From a virus (taxonomy: Duplodnaviria > Caudoviricetes), in the IMG/VR virus record IMGVR_UViG_3300031519_000153, positions 1 to 29,031 of that record: a DNA stretch of 29,031 nt; one strand, written 5' to 3'. The notes beneath the pieces are model-generated. The model saw only the letters and a program-made list of their open reading frames with translations, had not been told where the DNA came from and did no database searches. The position numbers and the translations under genes are program-made. Shown piece by piece: positions 8,009 to 19,900 of this stretch. Position 1 is the stretch's first letter, and each line of letters starts with the position of its first letter.

Positions 8009-11000
8009 ATGTACCACCATCAATTTCGTTAATGGCAATCGCTATCTGTCCAGCAGTAACAGTCACGTCAACACCATCTGTTCCAGTGAAGGTCAGATTT
8101 GTGCCTAGTGTAATTACTTGACTTGCACCAAATTCATCAATAACTGTGAATGAAGAATTTTCTAGTTTAGCATTAGTGATATCACCATCTACTATTGAAA
8201 ATTGAGTTCCAGTTAAAGTTATGGCATCCCCAGCAGAGTATGTACCCGCGCCAGAGAATTGTTGCCAGACAACATCGTCTGTGCCAAGAACAAAAGTCTC
8301 AGCGTCTGTTACTGTTGCAACCCAACCAGTACCATTATTATCAGTACCGTCTGTTACAAATTGGAAAGCACCCGGTATCTCTACTGTTTCGTTGAAATAC
8401 TCACCGCGAGTAAGAACCCAAGCAGTGCTACCAGAACCAATAGTAGAAAATTCATATGAACCATTTTGCAATGATGCAGTCTGATCTTTTACTAGAATTC
8501 TATCGCCAACTACCCAAGAAGAAACTCCATCAATTTCAAGTATTGGAGTGGCTGCAATTGTAATGGTTCCAGCACCATGATTGTATGTGCCAGCTATATT
8601 TACAGTAGTTGCGGCAATCGCGGCTGGGATTACTCTCAGACCTTGAGCAACAGAATCTACATAGCCCTTACTTGCGACGTCTTGGATAGAAACTGGATCA
8701 GCGATATTCTTAAGTCTGTTAGCATTGAAATCAACTTCATTCGTGAATGCATTAATACTAAGATCGCCAGTACCAGTCGTAATCTCTCTTGTGTCAATGT
8801 AAACATCACCAGCACGGAAATTGTTTTCAACAACCAAAGCTTTGATGTTTGAGTCTGATCCACCGGGGTGTATGAAGAATGTGGTGGCATCAGCATCAAC
8901 AAATCTTTCTGCCCTTACATCACCATTCTGAACAACCCAGTTGCCAGTCGATCTTTCTGAGTAAGCAGCATAGTTGAACGTGTTATCAAGGAAACCAATC
9001 TTACCACCAGAAGCATACAAGGTTGACTGACTGCCAACACCATCAGCAAAGCCAATAGATGAGAATGTTAAACCGTAACCAACTCGTAGGGTATTCAGTC
9101 TTGTTTCACTAGCAGGATCAAGGAAATAGTCGTTGTCATCAGAGTCATAATATCTTGGAGCAAATACGTTACCCTCAAAAGTAGCGCCAGCAAGTTCTGC
9201 ATAAACTGTGTCGAGGTGGGTGTAGTCCAACCCAATGGCAACGTTTGCACTTGCACCGTTCGGTTGCGCAATGCTAAGCCCAGATGTAACCCCATCAGGA
9301 TAGATGTAACGCACATATTGTGCAGTAATTTCAGCTTGGATAGTTGTATTGCTTGCTCTTGTTACCTCAGCAACACCAGCAAGATCACCACTTAATTCAA
9401 TGTTAAAGTTGCGAACCTTCAGATTCATAACGTCGTTAGTGTCATCGTTTACTGCGATGATACCTTCGTTATTAGCATTACCATCAACAAACATAAGCGC
9501 GATAATATCACGAGATGTTTCAGTAAAGTTTGGAATAGCGTTAGCTTGAAGCTCTAACGGAATTTCTGTAGCAAAGTCAATACGACCATCTTCAGTAATA
9601 CGAATACGAGGAGTAAATCCATCAGTACCGTACATTGCAGCCTGAACACCAGTAATATCAAGGCCAACTTCTAGTTCATTATTGGCAGCATCAATCGATT
9701 GGACTTCAAGTCCACGACCAATTTTTAAAGTTGGGTTCTGCAACAAGTCAATAGATGTTGGATACGTGTTAGCATTGTCAACAATAATCATCTTGGATGA
9801 GAACTGTGTGTCCAAATAGTTTAGTGTAACAACGTCTCTTGGGTTTACTGGATTGGCAACATCTGTGATTGTGTTGTTGCTTGCATTGATAGTGCCAGTA
9901 GCGTCAAGATATAAATTACCATCAGATGTAACTTTTCCATTGACAGTTAAATTACCTGTGGTATAATCAATCTTAAGAACAGAAAGGTTATTGCCGTAAT
10001 TAAAGTTACCATCTTGGTCAATCTGTAATCTATGTATACCAGCAGAATAGAAGTCTAAGTCATTGTTGTCTGCACCAGCAGATGTTTCTGCAATGATATA
10101 AGTGTTTCTATCAAGGTCAATAACAGAACCAGCTAGGCCAGCCCATGCAGTTCCATCATAACCTTCAAATCTAGCATCCTCAGTATTGAAACGTAGCATA
10201 CCAATTTGTTCAGCAGGTCTTTGTGCTTCAGTACCTTTAGGTAGTACCATTGCACCTGTTGTATCTATTGTAACTACGCCATCATCAGCACCAAGTTTAG
10301 CTGTAAAGATTTTGTCAAAGTTCTTGGTTGAACTACCAAGGTTGATATTGCCAGTTGTTTTTGGGTTTAGCGTAGAAGCCAGTGCGTTGATATTGACATC
10401 ACCATAGAAATTGGCAGTGTTATCTGCATCAAACTGAGCGGCAAGAGAACCAGCAGTATAGAATTGTAGTTGATCGTTATCTGAACCGGGGGCTGTTTCT
10501 GCTATGACCTTTGTGTCTTGGTCAACATCAATGACACCACCAAGACCAGCCCATGCAGCACCACCATAACCTTCAAATTGACCGTCTTCAGTATTGAAAC
10601 GTATCATGCCTGATGTTGGTGTAGGTCTTGATGCTGAATCGCCTTCTGGCAGCTTAATAGCCCCAGTACCCGACACAGTAACGATATCAGAAACAGGGTT
10701 GATTTGTGCTAGTGAAACGGTTGTGTCAAGATTAAATTGAGTACCATTAAGAGACAGACCAGCGCCAGCAGTAAAAGTGCCTTCACCTTGGAACTGCACC
10801 CAATTAATAGGGTCTGTGTTAATGTTAAAACTAGATGCGTCTAGAACCGTAGAGACCCAACCTGAGCCACCATTAATAGTACCATCTGTTACAAATTCAT
10901 AAGAGCCCGGAAGTTCAGCACTTGTCGAAAATGAACTTCTTTGGAATACCCATGCTGTATTTGCACTACCTACTTGGATAAGATCGTAGCTACCATTCTC

Positions 11001-11873
11001 AGCAGCAACAGACTGATCTTTAACGAGCAGGTTTTTGCCTAAGGACCAAGTAGTAACATCATCGATGTATAGGAAATTTACTGGTGGAATAGACAAAGTT
11101 GCAGAGACTGTTGTGTTGCCTTCGTCGAAAGTAGCACCCAAATCAGCAGTTGTTGCAGCTAATGCTTGTGGACGTACAACAAAACCAGTAACCAAATTAT
11201 CAACGTAACGCTTGTTGGTAGCATCAGATGGCAGAATCGGGTCTTCAATAACCTTAACTGTGTTCTCAACACGGATTAATTCAAATTCAAGATAACTTTT
11301 ATTAACAACATCTTTACCATCAATAGGGTCAGCAACTTGTATAATTCTTGCGTTGCTTACGTCTACAGAATTATTAGCCGCTGGCTGAAGTTTTACATTG
11401 CCTAAACTCGTGATAGTGTTGGTTTCTAGTACCAAGCCACCAGCATCAAGTTTAGTCAAACCTACGATCTCAGGTGTTGTTCCACCCAAAGTAAGCGCAG
11501 TGCTACCAAACGTTATGTTATCAGAAGATATTACATTATTGCTTGAGGAGAAGTTTACTGGATCGAAAGAATTGTTTCTGAACTGTGTAATGTGGCCAAA
11601 CTGATCTAAGTCAATATTTCCAGCAAAAGTTAGTCCAGCGTTATTTGAACTTATTTCAGTAGAAGTGTTGGCGTGGCTTATTACAAGATTTGCATTTTCT
11701 ATGTTAGTTTCAGATGTGACAATGATACCTGCACCAGCATCAATTTGGGCAACGTAATTTCCGACTGTATCAATGCCCAGAGTAATCGAATCTGGTACAA
11801 TAAGTGGTTTTTTCTCAGCGGCAGCTACGATCCTGATGTTGCTAGGTGCGCCGACCTTAACTTTAATACTCAC
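8004..11873 (-). CDS. Long tail fibre / baseplate-associated fibre protein (1289 aa)
   Basis: GTG start with GGAGGT SD. It has two copies of D(A/V)xxKxYVD...LVKDQ...NGSY...PG.(Y/F).FVTDG...W.QF.G.GT(F/Y).AG and two copies of LP.G...RP...GM.RFNTED..FEGY.G.AWAGL. It ends in IDGGTF. These motifs are typical of fibre proteins of large T4-like aquatic phages. Confidence 0.85.
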   Translation of the reverse strand: MSIKVKVGAPSNIRIVAAAEKKPLIVPDSITLGIDTVGNYVAQIDAGAGIIVTSETNIENANLVISHANTSTEISSNNAGLTFAGNIDLDQFGHITQFRNNSFDPVNFSSSNNVISSDNITFGSTALTLGGTTPEIVGLTKLDAGGLVLETNTITSLGNVKLQPAANNSVDVSNARIIQVADPIDGKDVVNKSYLEFELIRVENTVKVIEDPILPSDATNKRYVDNLVTGFVVRPQALAATTADLGATFDEGNTTVSATLSIPPVNFLYIDDVTTWSLGKNLLVKDQSVAAENGSYDLIQVGSANTAWVFQRSSFSTSAELPGSYEFVTDGTINGGSGWVSTVLDASSFNINTDPINWVQFQGEGTFTAGAGLSLNGTQFNLDTTVSLAQINPVSDIVTVSGTGAIKLPEGDSASRPTPTSGMIRFNTEDGQFEGYGGAAWAGLGGVIDVDQDTKVIAETAPGSDNDQLQFYTAGSLAAQFDADNTANFYGDVNINALASTLNPKTTGNINLGSSTKNFDKIFTAKLGADDGVVTIDTTGAMVLPKGTEAQRPAEQIGMLRFNTEDARFEGYDGTAWAGLAGSVIDLDRNTYIIAETSAGADNNDLDFYSAGIHRLQIDQDGNFNYGNNLSVLKIDYTTGNLTVNGKVTSDGNLYLDATGTINASNNTITDVANPVNPRDVVTLNYLDTQFSSKMIIVDNANTYPTSIDLLQNPTLKIGRGLEVQSIDAANNELEVGLDITGVQAAMYGTDGFTPRIRITEDGRIDFATEIPLELQANAIPNFTETSRDIIALMFVDGNANNEGIIAVNDDTNDVMNLKVRNFNIELSGDLAGVAEVTRASNTTIQAEITAQYVRYIYPDGVTSGLSIAQPNGASANVAIGLDYTHLDTVYAELAGATFEGNVFAPRYYDSDDNDYFLDPASETRLNTLRVGYGLTFSSIGFADGVGSQSTLYASGGKIGFLDNTFNYAAYSERSTGNWVVQNGDVRAERFVDADATTFFIHPGGSDSNIKALVVENNFRAGDVYIDTREITTGTGDLSINAFTNEVDFNANRLKNIADPVSIQDVASKGYVDSVAQGLRVIPAAIAATTVNIAGTYNHGAGTITIAATPILEIDGVSSWVVGDRILVKDQTASLQNGSYEFSTIGSGSTAWVLTRGEYFNETVEIPGAFQFVTDGTDNNGTGWVATVTDAETFVLGTDDVVWQQFSGAGTYSAGDAITLTGTQFSIVDGDITNAKLENSSFTVIDEFGASQVITLGTNLTFTGTDGVDVTVTAGQIAIAINEIDGGTF

Positions 11874-11876
11874 AAG

Positions 11877-12203
11877 TTATACCTCCGTTATAGTTGGAAT
11901 AACAATTGCTAGACCTTCAACTATTTTGGACATTTCACCACTAGATTTTCGCATCAGTACATCGTATTCATATTTGCCCGGTTTTAAAGTAGCAGTAACA
12001 TCGGCTTCTAAAACAAGAGTGATGTCGTTTTCATTTTTTTCTATTGTAAATTCGGCTGTTCTCTTGGCAGAGTACATTTTTCTAAGATCAGCATAAAAGC
12101 TGAACGTGCTGATTACAAGATCATCATCATCACCGTCGAAAAGTTCTAACGAGATGCGGAAATCAGTACCCTGATCTATGTAAATATTTGCTTTTGAACC
12201 CAT
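11877..12203 (-). CDS. Small virion structural protein, BppU-N-like Ig fold (108 aa)
   Basis: The pattern ANIYIDQGTDF...ITLVLEADVTATLKPGKYEYDVLM...KIVEG.A.V.P is common in T4-like phages. It sits directly after a late promoter. Confidence 0.75.
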   Translation of the reverse strand: MGSKANIYIDQGTDFRISLELFDGDDDDLVISTFSFYADLRKMYSAKRTAEFTIEKNENDITLVLEADVTATLKPGKYEYDVLMRKSSGEMSKIVEGLAIVIPTITEV

Positions 12204-12238
12204 TTTAAATCTCTTTTATGCTTAAGCTTGCTTTATTC

Positions 12239-12246
12239 TATTTATA
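12239..12246 (-). promoter_or_regulatory. T4-type late promoter TATAAATA
   Basis: Perfect match, intergenic, downstream of the terminator and 35 nt upstream of the ATG at 12203. Confidence 0.85.
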
Positions 12247-12271
12247 ATAAGAAAGCAGTTTGCAATGGATG

Positions 12272-12306
12272 AAAAAAATGGGGCAGTACGCATTTATACC
12301 ACCCCA
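12272..12306 (-). terminator. Rho-independent terminator after the collagen-like fibre gene
   Basis: Minus strand reads TGGGGTGGTA-TAAATGCG-TACTGCCCCA-TTTTTTT: a 10-bp stem with two G-U pairs followed by U7. Confidence 0.85.
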
Positions 12307-12332
12307 CTTATACTCATCAAAAATGCTCATAT

Positions 12333-12608
12333 TTAAGCGTGATTAGTTTCATCCACTTTGTCACTCAAGTCTTTGATAGCTTCAATCAGAAGACCAACCA
12401 ACGAACCGTAAGCAACACTTTTAATTTTGTCACTAGAGTCATCGGTTATTACTGCCTCTGGAATTACAGCTTCAACTTCTTGCGCAATAAGACCAATCTT
12501 TTTTGCATCAGGCGCAGATATTTTATTAAAGTAAACGCCTCTCATGCTCTTAACTTTTTCAAGCGCCGAACCAATAGTTTCAACATTCTCTTTCAGTCTA
12601 GCATCAGA
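12333..12608 (-). other. Peptidase S74 / intramolecular chaperone auto-cleavage domain
   Basis: Canonical S-D-x-R-L-K motif (Ser codon at 12606-12608), GLIAQEV and a terminal coiled coil. Implies a trimeric fibre. Confidence 0.9.
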
Positions 12609-15600
12609 GTTTGTTGTAACATCGCCCGTTGCTGTGAAATTACCAGTCGTATTGTCGAAAGTAAAGATGGCAGCGCCACTGCTTCTATTTTCTATGATTA
12701 TCGAAGTCGCGTCGGTTGTACTCACGTCAAATAGTAATGCACCAGTAGCACTTTCAAACCCTAGCTTAGCAGCCGCATTCAAACCAAATCCTATATGAAC
12801 ATCGCTTGGGAGTGCCAAGTCAGAAGTAAGACCAGTTATCGTTGTGACGTCAATCGTACCACCAACAGTAATGTTACCACCAAGAGCAATGTTTTCTAGG
12901 CTTAGTTCATCAGCAGAAGATGTGTAGAAGAAGTTTTGTTCGCCACCCGGATTTGGACCCAATGTAGCAAGCAATTGTCTTTGATCTGCACCAGCTTCGA
13001 AGAATGGGATGAACAATGCAGTGTCTTGCAATGTAGATGTGTGGACGTTCTGAAGGTTGCCAACGCCGCCTTCATTGCCCGGTCCCTGTACACCTTGCGT
13101 ACCTTGGAAACCGTAGTCACCTTGGAAGCCTTCTGTACCTTGGAAACCTTGAACACCACCACCAATAGCACCTTGGAAGCCCAAGTCACCTTGAACACCT
13201 TGAATGCCTTGCATACCTTGGACACCTTGTCCAGTAGTACCTTGTACGCCAGTTTCGCCCAAGTCACCCTGAATACCCTGTGTACCTTGCGCACCCCCAT
13301 CACCACTTCCACCGACTAAACCTTGGAAGCCCTGTGCGCCTTGGAAGCCACTAAAGCCCTGCAAACCTTCTCCACCAGTTCCACCTTCGAAACCTTGTAC
13401 ACCTTGGAAACCACCTGAACCTTGGAGACCTTCATCACCGATACCAGCAGCACCTTGGAAACCTTGAGTACCTTGATTACCAGCACCAGTTGAACCTTGG
13501 AAACCATTGTCACCTTGGAAACCTTGGAAGCCGTTAAAACCTTGAGCACCTTGATTGCCTTCACCAGCAATACCTTGGAAACCACCTGCACCTTGGAAAC
13601 CTTCAGCACCCTGAAAGCCTTGAAGACCTTGTGTACCTTGCAAACCAATACCAATAGGGCCGTCTGTACCTTGAATACCCTGTGTTGACTGCATACCCTG
13701 AATGCCTTGGAGACCGTCGTTACCTTGGATACCACTTGCACCAACGCCGTCGTTACCTTTGACGCCTTGAGTACCTTGTACACCTTGGAAACCGTCGCCA
13801 CCCTGAAGACCAAACGAACCTTGGATACCTTGCGCACCTTCGCCGCCCACTTCGCCTTCGCCACCAATAGTACCGTCTGCGCCTTGGAAACCAGTGTCAC
13901 CCTGTGGACCAGCCGAACCTTGAATACCTACGCCAAGTAAGCCTTGAACGCCTTGGTTGCCTTGGATACCTTGCGCACCAATCGAACCAAGTTGGCCCGA
14001 AATACCTTGGTTGCCTTGCATACCTTGGACGCCTTGAATACCCTGTCCACCAACTGGGCCAATATCACCTGTTCTTGCGAAAGTGATAACAACGTCTGTT
14101 GCATCAGCAAAAGTTCCAGCAATCGAACCTGATACATAAGAAACTTCAATTGCGAAGTAACCAGCAGATTCTGTTAAGCTATCAATTACATAAATTACAA
14201 AGTTTGCTGGCTCACCATTTTCGGAAACCTTGAGGTGACCTTTAATTGGGCTGGTTGAGTCGTCAATTGTTCTCAAGAAAGGTTGGATGTCTGTAAAGTT
14301 ATCGTCTCTGTCATCCATGAATAGGTAGTTGGCAGAAGACAAAGAAGCATTGTTAAACTTCAGAGTACCAACACCGGGGTCTGTTGTTGTAACATTTGTG
14401 CTGAATGTGTAATCGAACGTGATGCCACCAAAGCTACCCGTTTGACCTTGCAAACCACCAGTACCCTGAAAACCATCGGTTCCTTGAGTACCCTGTGGAC
14501 CAATCGGCCCGGGAAATCCTTGTACGCCATCATCACCCTGAATACCAGTTTGACCTTGTAGACCCGTTTGACCTTGTAGACCAAAACCTTCGTCACCTTG
14601 AAGACCCTGTAGACCCTGTAGACCTTGCAAACCTTGTAAGCCTTGCGTACCTTGCAAACCTTGGTCGCCAGTTACTGAGAAGGAAACAACGATATCTGTG
14701 TTATTTGTAAAATATGTAGCATTTGCATTGACAGATTTACCAAGATATGATACATCAAATGTATACGCATTGGAAGCTGCAAGCGAAGATGTAATACCGT
14801 ACAAAAGAAATTCTTGTGGGTTAAACACAGAAGTAATTTTAATATAAGCTTTAATTGTGCTTGAAGACAAATCGATAGTATTGAGGAAAGTCGATATATC
14901 GTTTGTAAATGTGTCTTCTTCATGCATACGCAACACTGTAGCTGCTGTAACATCAGCATTGTTTAGCTTAAGAATACCTGAGGCAGGAACAGATGCCGTT
15001 ACATCTGGGTTGTAATCGTATTCAAACGATGCACCACCGTATGATCCAGCAATACCTTGCGCACCTTGGAAACCTTCAGTACCTTGAATTGACTGTGGAC
15101 CTTGAACGCCTTGAACACCTTGGACGCCTTGGACGCCCTGTAATCCTTGAACCCCTTGGAATGCTTGTGGACCTTGAACGCCTTGAACGCCTTGGACGCC
15201 CTGTGTTCCTTGAATGCCAGTCGTTCCTTGATTTCCGCTAGTTCCCTGATAACCTTGAACACCTTGGACACCTTGATCGCCCTGAATTCCTTGGTTGCCT
15301 TGGACGCCCTGAATACCAGTGCCGCCTTGCAGACCTTGGACACCTTGGACGGACTGAGTACCCTGAATTCCCTGAATCCCTTGTACGCCTTGATTTCCCT
15401 GAAAACCAGTGTCGCCTTGGACGCCCTGAATTCCTTGCGTACCTTGAATTGACTGTGGACCTTGTGTACCCTGTGTACCTTGAAATCCTAGATCGCCCTG
15501 AATGCCAGTCGTTCCTTGAATTCCTTGCGTACCTTGTGGGCCAAGATCACTTACGTTAATTACGCCACCCATTATAGAGTGATTTGAACATTGGTAATAT

Positions 15601-16568
15601 AATGTATTTGGTGCGTCGTATGGCAACTGTACCATTACCGTACCAGTTTCAGCACCATTATTAGTCACGCCATCATTATATTGATCGCCTGTACCTGTTG
15701 TCTGTGCTGTTTTAATATAAAACGGGTGGCCTGAGACATTAACATTAAAGTTATATGAGAAACCACGAATGAGATGAAGGATTGGTTGAGCTACGCCGTC
15801 AACAATGTAGTTGGTAGCACCGTTATTGGTTACCGTATAGTCTCGCGTACCTTCTGTGCCTTGAACGCCTTGAAATCCAGTATCGCCTTGAATGCCTTGG
15901 ACACCCTGAAAAGCTTGTGGGCCTTGGACACCTTGGTTGCCTTGCGTACCTTGAACGCCTTGAACGCCCTGAAATGCTTGTGGACCTTGAACGCCCTGTG
16001 TACCTTGATTTCCCTGAATGCCTTGGACACCCTGAATACCGATTGTACCCTGAAAGCCTTGCGTACCTTGAAAACCACGGAAACCACGGCTACCCTGAAT
16101 ACCTTCTTCGCCAATAATTCCTTGGACGCCTTGAGTACCCTGTGTACCGATAAAGCCTTGGACACCACGAAATGAACCAACATTAATCCATGTTGCGCCA
16201 TCGTAAACCCAAAGCTCATCATCTGTTTCGTCTATTGCAGCTTGACCAGTAGTTGCTGAAGGAAATGCTGTGTTAAGAGTTGCTTGTGGATCACCACCAG
16301 CATCGACGTCAGGAACAGAACCGATGACATCAAAGCCCGGCCCATAAGTACCTTGTAAACCTTGTAAGCCAGAATCGCCCTGAAGACCTGTTGTACCCTG
16401 AATACCAGCGCCAACAGCATTCCATGCTATCCCTGTGGAAACATAAATTAAGCCATCTGAGCCAAAAGCTACAGCACCTTTATACGGTGCTGGGTCTAGT
16501 TGGATCGGTACTGTTTGAGGCGTACCTTGCCCAATAATTCTGCTTCCGCTTATAGATTTAAAAGCCAT
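12333..16568 (-). CDS. Collagen-like (Gly-X-Gln) fibre with cupredoxin-like domain and C-terminal intramolecular chaperone (peptidase S74) (1411 aa)
   Basis: Five G-X-Q triplet blocks are interrupted by globular inserts, including GHPF...[12 protein letters not shown]. The C-terminus reads SDARLKENV...[15 protein letters not shown]...[17 protein letters not shown]. Confidence 0.9.
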   Translation of the reverse strand: MAFKSISGSRIIGQGTPQTVPIQLDPAPYKGAVAFGSDGLIYVSTGIAWNAVGAGIQGTTGLQGDSGLQGLQGTYGPGFDVIGSVPDVDAGGDPQATLNTAFPSATTGQAAIDETDDELWVYDGATWINVGSFRGVQGFIGTQGTQGVQGIIGEEGIQGSRGFRGFQGTQGFQGTIGIQGVQGIQGNQGTQGVQGPQAFQGVQGVQGTQGNQGVQGPQAFQGVQGIQGDTGFQGVQGTEGTRDYTVTNNGATNYIVDGVAQPILHLIRGFSYNFNVNVSGHPFYIKTAQTTGTGDQYNDGVTNNGAETGTVMVQLPYDAPNTLYYQCSNHSIMGGVINVSDLGPQGTQGIQGTTGIQGDLGFQGTQGTQGPQSIQGTQGIQGVQGDTGFQGNQGVQGIQGIQGTQSVQGVQGLQGGTGIQGVQGNQGIQGDQGVQGVQGYQGTSGNQGTTGIQGTQGVQGVQGVQGPQAFQGVQGLQGVQGVQGVQGVQGPQSIQGTEGFQGAQGIAGSYGGASFEYDYNPDVTASVPASGILKLNNADVTAATVLRMHEEDTFTNDISTFLNTIDLSSSTIKAYIKITSVFNPQEFLLYGITSSLAASNAYTFDVSYLGKSVNANATYFTNNTDIVVSFSVTGDQGLQGTQGLQGLQGLQGLQGLQGDEGFGLQGQTGLQGQTGIQGDDGVQGFPGPIGPQGTQGTDGFQGTGGLQGQTGSFGGITFDYTFSTNVTTTDPGVGTLKFNNASLSSANYLFMDDRDDNFTDIQPFLRTIDDSTSPIKGHLKVSENGEPANFVIYVIDSLTESAGYFAIEVSYVSGSIAGTFADATDVVITFARTGDIGPVGGQGIQGVQGMQGNQGISGQLGSIGAQGIQGNQGVQGLLGVGIQGSAGPQGDTGFQGADGTIGGEGEVGGEGAQGIQGSFGLQGGDGFQGVQGTQGVKGNDGVGASGIQGNDGLQGIQGMQSTQGIQGTDGPIGIGLQGTQGLQGFQGAEGFQGAGGFQGIAGEGNQGAQGFNGFQGFQGDNGFQGSTGAGNQGTQGFQGAAGIGDEGLQGSGGFQGVQGFEGGTGGEGLQGFSGFQGAQGFQGLVGGSGDGGAQGTQGIQGDLGETGVQGTTGQGVQGMQGIQGVQGDLGFQGAIGGGVQGFQGTEGFQGDYGFQGTQGVQGPGNEGGVGNLQNVHTSTLQDTALFIPFFEAGADQRQLLATLGPNPGGEQNFFYTSSADELSLENIALGGNITVGGTIDVTTITGLTSDLALPSDVHIGFGLNAAAKLGFESATGALLFDVSTTDATSIIIENRSSGAAIFTFDNTTGNFTATGDVTTNSDARLKENVETIGSALEKVKSMRGVYFNKISAPDAKKIGLIAQEVEAVIPEAVITDDSSDKIKSVAYGSLVGLLIEAIKDLSDKVDETNHA
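13060..16410 (-). repeat. Gly-X-Gln collagen-like triplet blocks (9-bp periodicity)
   Basis: Hundreds of residues of (G[VIFTLA]Q)n, with the plus-strand ccttg/ccctg motif recurring every 9 bp. Confidence 0.95.
15545..15846 (-). other. Cupredoxin-like domain with complete type-1 copper ligand set
   Basis: His (GHPF, 15726-15728) lies about 46 residues before C-x2-H-x2-M (CSNHSIM; Cys at 15588-15590, Met at 15570-15572). Confidence 0.7.
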
Positions 16569-16990
16569 TATACATCATCCTCTTCGGATTGACCAAGGGT
16601 GAACGATAATGTAGCATCTACTGCTAGGTTCGTGTCGCATTTAAGTTCTAGTAAATCACCAGATTTAAAAAATTGACCGTTAAGAGGCAAAGGAACTGTG
16701 TCATAAGCTGGAATTTGTAGATTTCTGATAATCCAAAATTCAGCGTTGACATCTTCCCTGTGAGTTCTTACATCAACTGCGACAGTAGTAGCCGTGAAGT
16801 TACATAGGACAAGAGGAGAAATAACTTCTCCTACGCCCGGTTCGACTTGAGTTGAACCCCCAAAGACTAGCTCTGGGACTTCATAGTTTGGTACTTCAAT
16901 CATCGTCTGCCAGTTAGTCGTTAATGTAAAAGATTTAGCGACTGGTTTAGCATCAGGTGCTTGTGATGTTACGATTGTTGTAATTGCCAT
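16568..16990 (-). CDS. Small beta-sandwich virion/fibre-associated protein (140 aa)
   Basis: The pattern [14 protein letters not shown]...[15 protein letters not shown]...FKSGDLLEL...VDATLSF matches small phage structural proteins that follow large fibres. It is coupled by TAATG overlaps on both sides. Confidence 0.7.
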   Translation of the reverse strand: MAITTIVTSQAPDAKPVAKSFTLTTNWQTMIEVPNYEVPELVFGGSTQVEPGVGEVISPLVLCNFTATTVAVDVRTHREDVNAEFWIIRNLQIPAYDTVPLPLNGQFFKSGDLLELKCDTNLAVDATLSFTLGQSEEDDV

Positions 16991-19900
16991 TAGAGTGATG
17001 CCCTACTGTTGGAAGCCCTTCGAGCGAGTTTTCTGACCGATGATGTAAATGGACGACCTTCGATGCGACCTGTTCTACCATTGATTTTCAAACCTCTTGC
17101 GAAGTACTGGTTATTCAATTCGTCTGATCCAGACCATCTAATTCTACCACCACCCTCTGAGAGGACTGAAGCGGTAGCACCAATAGCAGCACCAATGTTT
17201 CTAAAGTTCAAAGGCAGAGCGTTTCTGTTAACACCTGCCGATGCGCCGTTAAACTGGTGAGCAATTGATTCAACGAGCGAACCAAAGACCAAGAAGTCTG
17301 GTCTTAGAACACTTTCTATTAGTACGTTATCAATCAATTCTGTCACCATGTTCCTGTGTGCTTGATCTGGAGCGATATTGTTATTTATATAAGTTTTCAT
17401 CTGTTCCCAAGCCTTATAGAAAGAATAAAGCAAATCAGAGTTGTTATCACCAACAGTGATCCAGTTTGTGCCATTCCAATGGTATATAACACCAACATAA
17501 CGGTTTACGTTATTATTAGTTGGAACAATGTAACAATCCCAAACCTTCATATCAGTCAAAGCATTTCTTGCAGTTATTGTTGCAACTGTACCCTTAAATC
17601 TTAGCTTGCGCCAATCAGCAAAGGATGCTGGTGGGTTGAATACTGGGAAAACGTGCTGCTGGTTGATGTTAAACAACGCGGCTGCAAATGATCTCATTGC
17701 TCTGTCTGTACCTTCGATTACATTAGCTGGATCGTTGAATGAGAAGTCATTTGCAAGAATTTGCAATAGGTTCCCACCGTCACGATAAGTCTTGGGTAGA
17801 TCGATAAACTTGTACTCAGAAGTAATAAATCTTTGTACTTCGCTTTGGAGTTTGCGTCTGTTGTTAGCAAGAATGTCTTTTGCAAAGCTGAATTCTTTAC
17901 TTGCACCGACAACATAGTTAGGCTCAGTCAACGGACCAAGACTTAGTGCTGAGTTGTTGAATAGTGCGTTATAGAATATCAAACCAAGATCATATACTTG
18001 ATCTGCTTCTACTTGCGTACCAACATTATTTCTGATAAACTGACCTTCCAGTGTACCCATAACTGCTGACTTAGCAAGCTCACCTAGTTTGCGATATGCT
18101 CCTGCTGTTGCTACTCTTGTATCTTCTGGAATTCTTAGTTCGTTGTTCCAGAAGTAGAAGTCTGCATTCCATCTGGAAGCTGAGTTACCACCATAGTTAA
18201 GGTCGTAGCTGAAGGCATCCAAGATGTAGTTTCCATCTCTGTAGCATTTGGCTTTGTTGTAATCAAGAACGCTGAATTCTTTGTTAATCCAAGTTGTGAT
18301 ATCATCAGCAAGATTATCAAGGTTTTCATCAATCGCGTTTCCAGCCCAAATCAAGTCTGCTGATACCCAAGAAGTATCTGGCTCAACCAAATCAGGCACT
18401 GCGTCTAGGCTATTGCGACGGATTGCCTCTTCAATAATTCTTACAAGATTAGCGACTTCTGCGCCTTCAACTGCTGTTGCTGGGTTACCAGATACATCTT
18501 GACCAACGGCAGTTTCTTGAACTACTTTCTGAACCAATTGTGCCATCTCATAGAAGAAATCAGCAGTTTGGGTTCTTTGGTCATATGGAAGGACACTGTT
18601 AGCGTTATCAAAATACATATTTGCATTCAATAGAGTACCGTAATTTGTTTGGTACTGGACATCGTGAGATAGTGCATCAATAATGATACCTACATCTCTA
18701 CGACATTTGTGCTCAGGATAGCTAAGACCATTGTATGTTTTGGAAATGAAGTTTACCATGGCTGTAGCCAATACAGCTTTATTATCAGCAATAGTATCAA
18801 TGCTATCTAGAATTGTTTCGCCAGCCATCCACTGCTTGAATGGTTCAATTCTGATTGGTAGTGTTGTTGGGTTATTTTCAACAACAACATTTGCAATTGT
18901 GATCGCCAAGTCTCTTGCTTCTCTGGCGATATATCTTCTTGCGACCAAACCAGTATTGTCTTGCTTGAGTGTAGCACCGATAACAGTTTGTACTGCGTTT
19001 TTAGCAACACTTACGAAAGTGTGTACTTTCTGTGCGCCTTTACCAGCAGAGCCTGCATTTACAGTAATAGTTGTTGCAGTTGTTGCAATTACTTTTACTG
19101 GCGAACCATTCAATGGATCAGATGCTCTTGGATGTGAGATATTTACGGCTGCACCGCTTGCGTCTAGGCAAGAGAATGTGAAGGCATTTGTTGGGAACAT
19201 AACGTGGTTTCCAACTTTTAGGTCATGCCCACCAGATAGAGTGATAACCATATCGCCATTCAATGCATCGTATGTTGCTGTGTTTGGTGTGTAAGTTCTG
19301 CCAATTCTCAATGGAACCTCTGTTTGGCGGATTACATCGTGGACAACTTCACTAAGGCGCATGAACGCTCTTTTCGAAGCTGCTCTTTGTGAGAGTGGCA
19401 GTACATTTACACCGTTAGCAAAGTGAATTTGTGCATTGTTCCATGTAGCAGCATTGCCGCCATATTGAACATCATGGCTGATACCGTCAACAATATAACC
19501 AACATCACGGCGACATTTCTCTCTGCTGTACTCAAGATAGCTGAACTTAGTTTTGAGGTAAGTTGTGATGCTTGAGGCCAAAGATGTCTTTTCAGTAGCA
19601 ATCAAAGCTGCTTCTGTTTCGTATGAGTAGTTAGTACCAACACCACTTGCTTCAACAATCGCTGGGATGTTGATTAGAGAGTTGTCAGTGATAAGGTCGC
19701 CAACGATAGCCCACAAAGTTTGTGCAGCGGTTGCTGTAGTTGCGTCCACAGTACCAAACACGGCGCTCTGCGATAGGCCATTACCAGTTGTAGGGGTAAC
19801 AGGCTGCTTTAGAAGCAATGCTCTTGTAACCGTCGCTAGATGGGTCCACAAGGCTACTGTAGGCGCTCTTTGAGCAAGTGTCAAGGAAGACAAACCATTT

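Noticed and set aside
12902-16420. K/V/F/R-rich minus-strand ORFs and L/T/N-rich plus-strand ORFs
   Set aside because: They are frame-shifted or antisense readings of the 9-bp G-X-Q repeats, with no independent signals.
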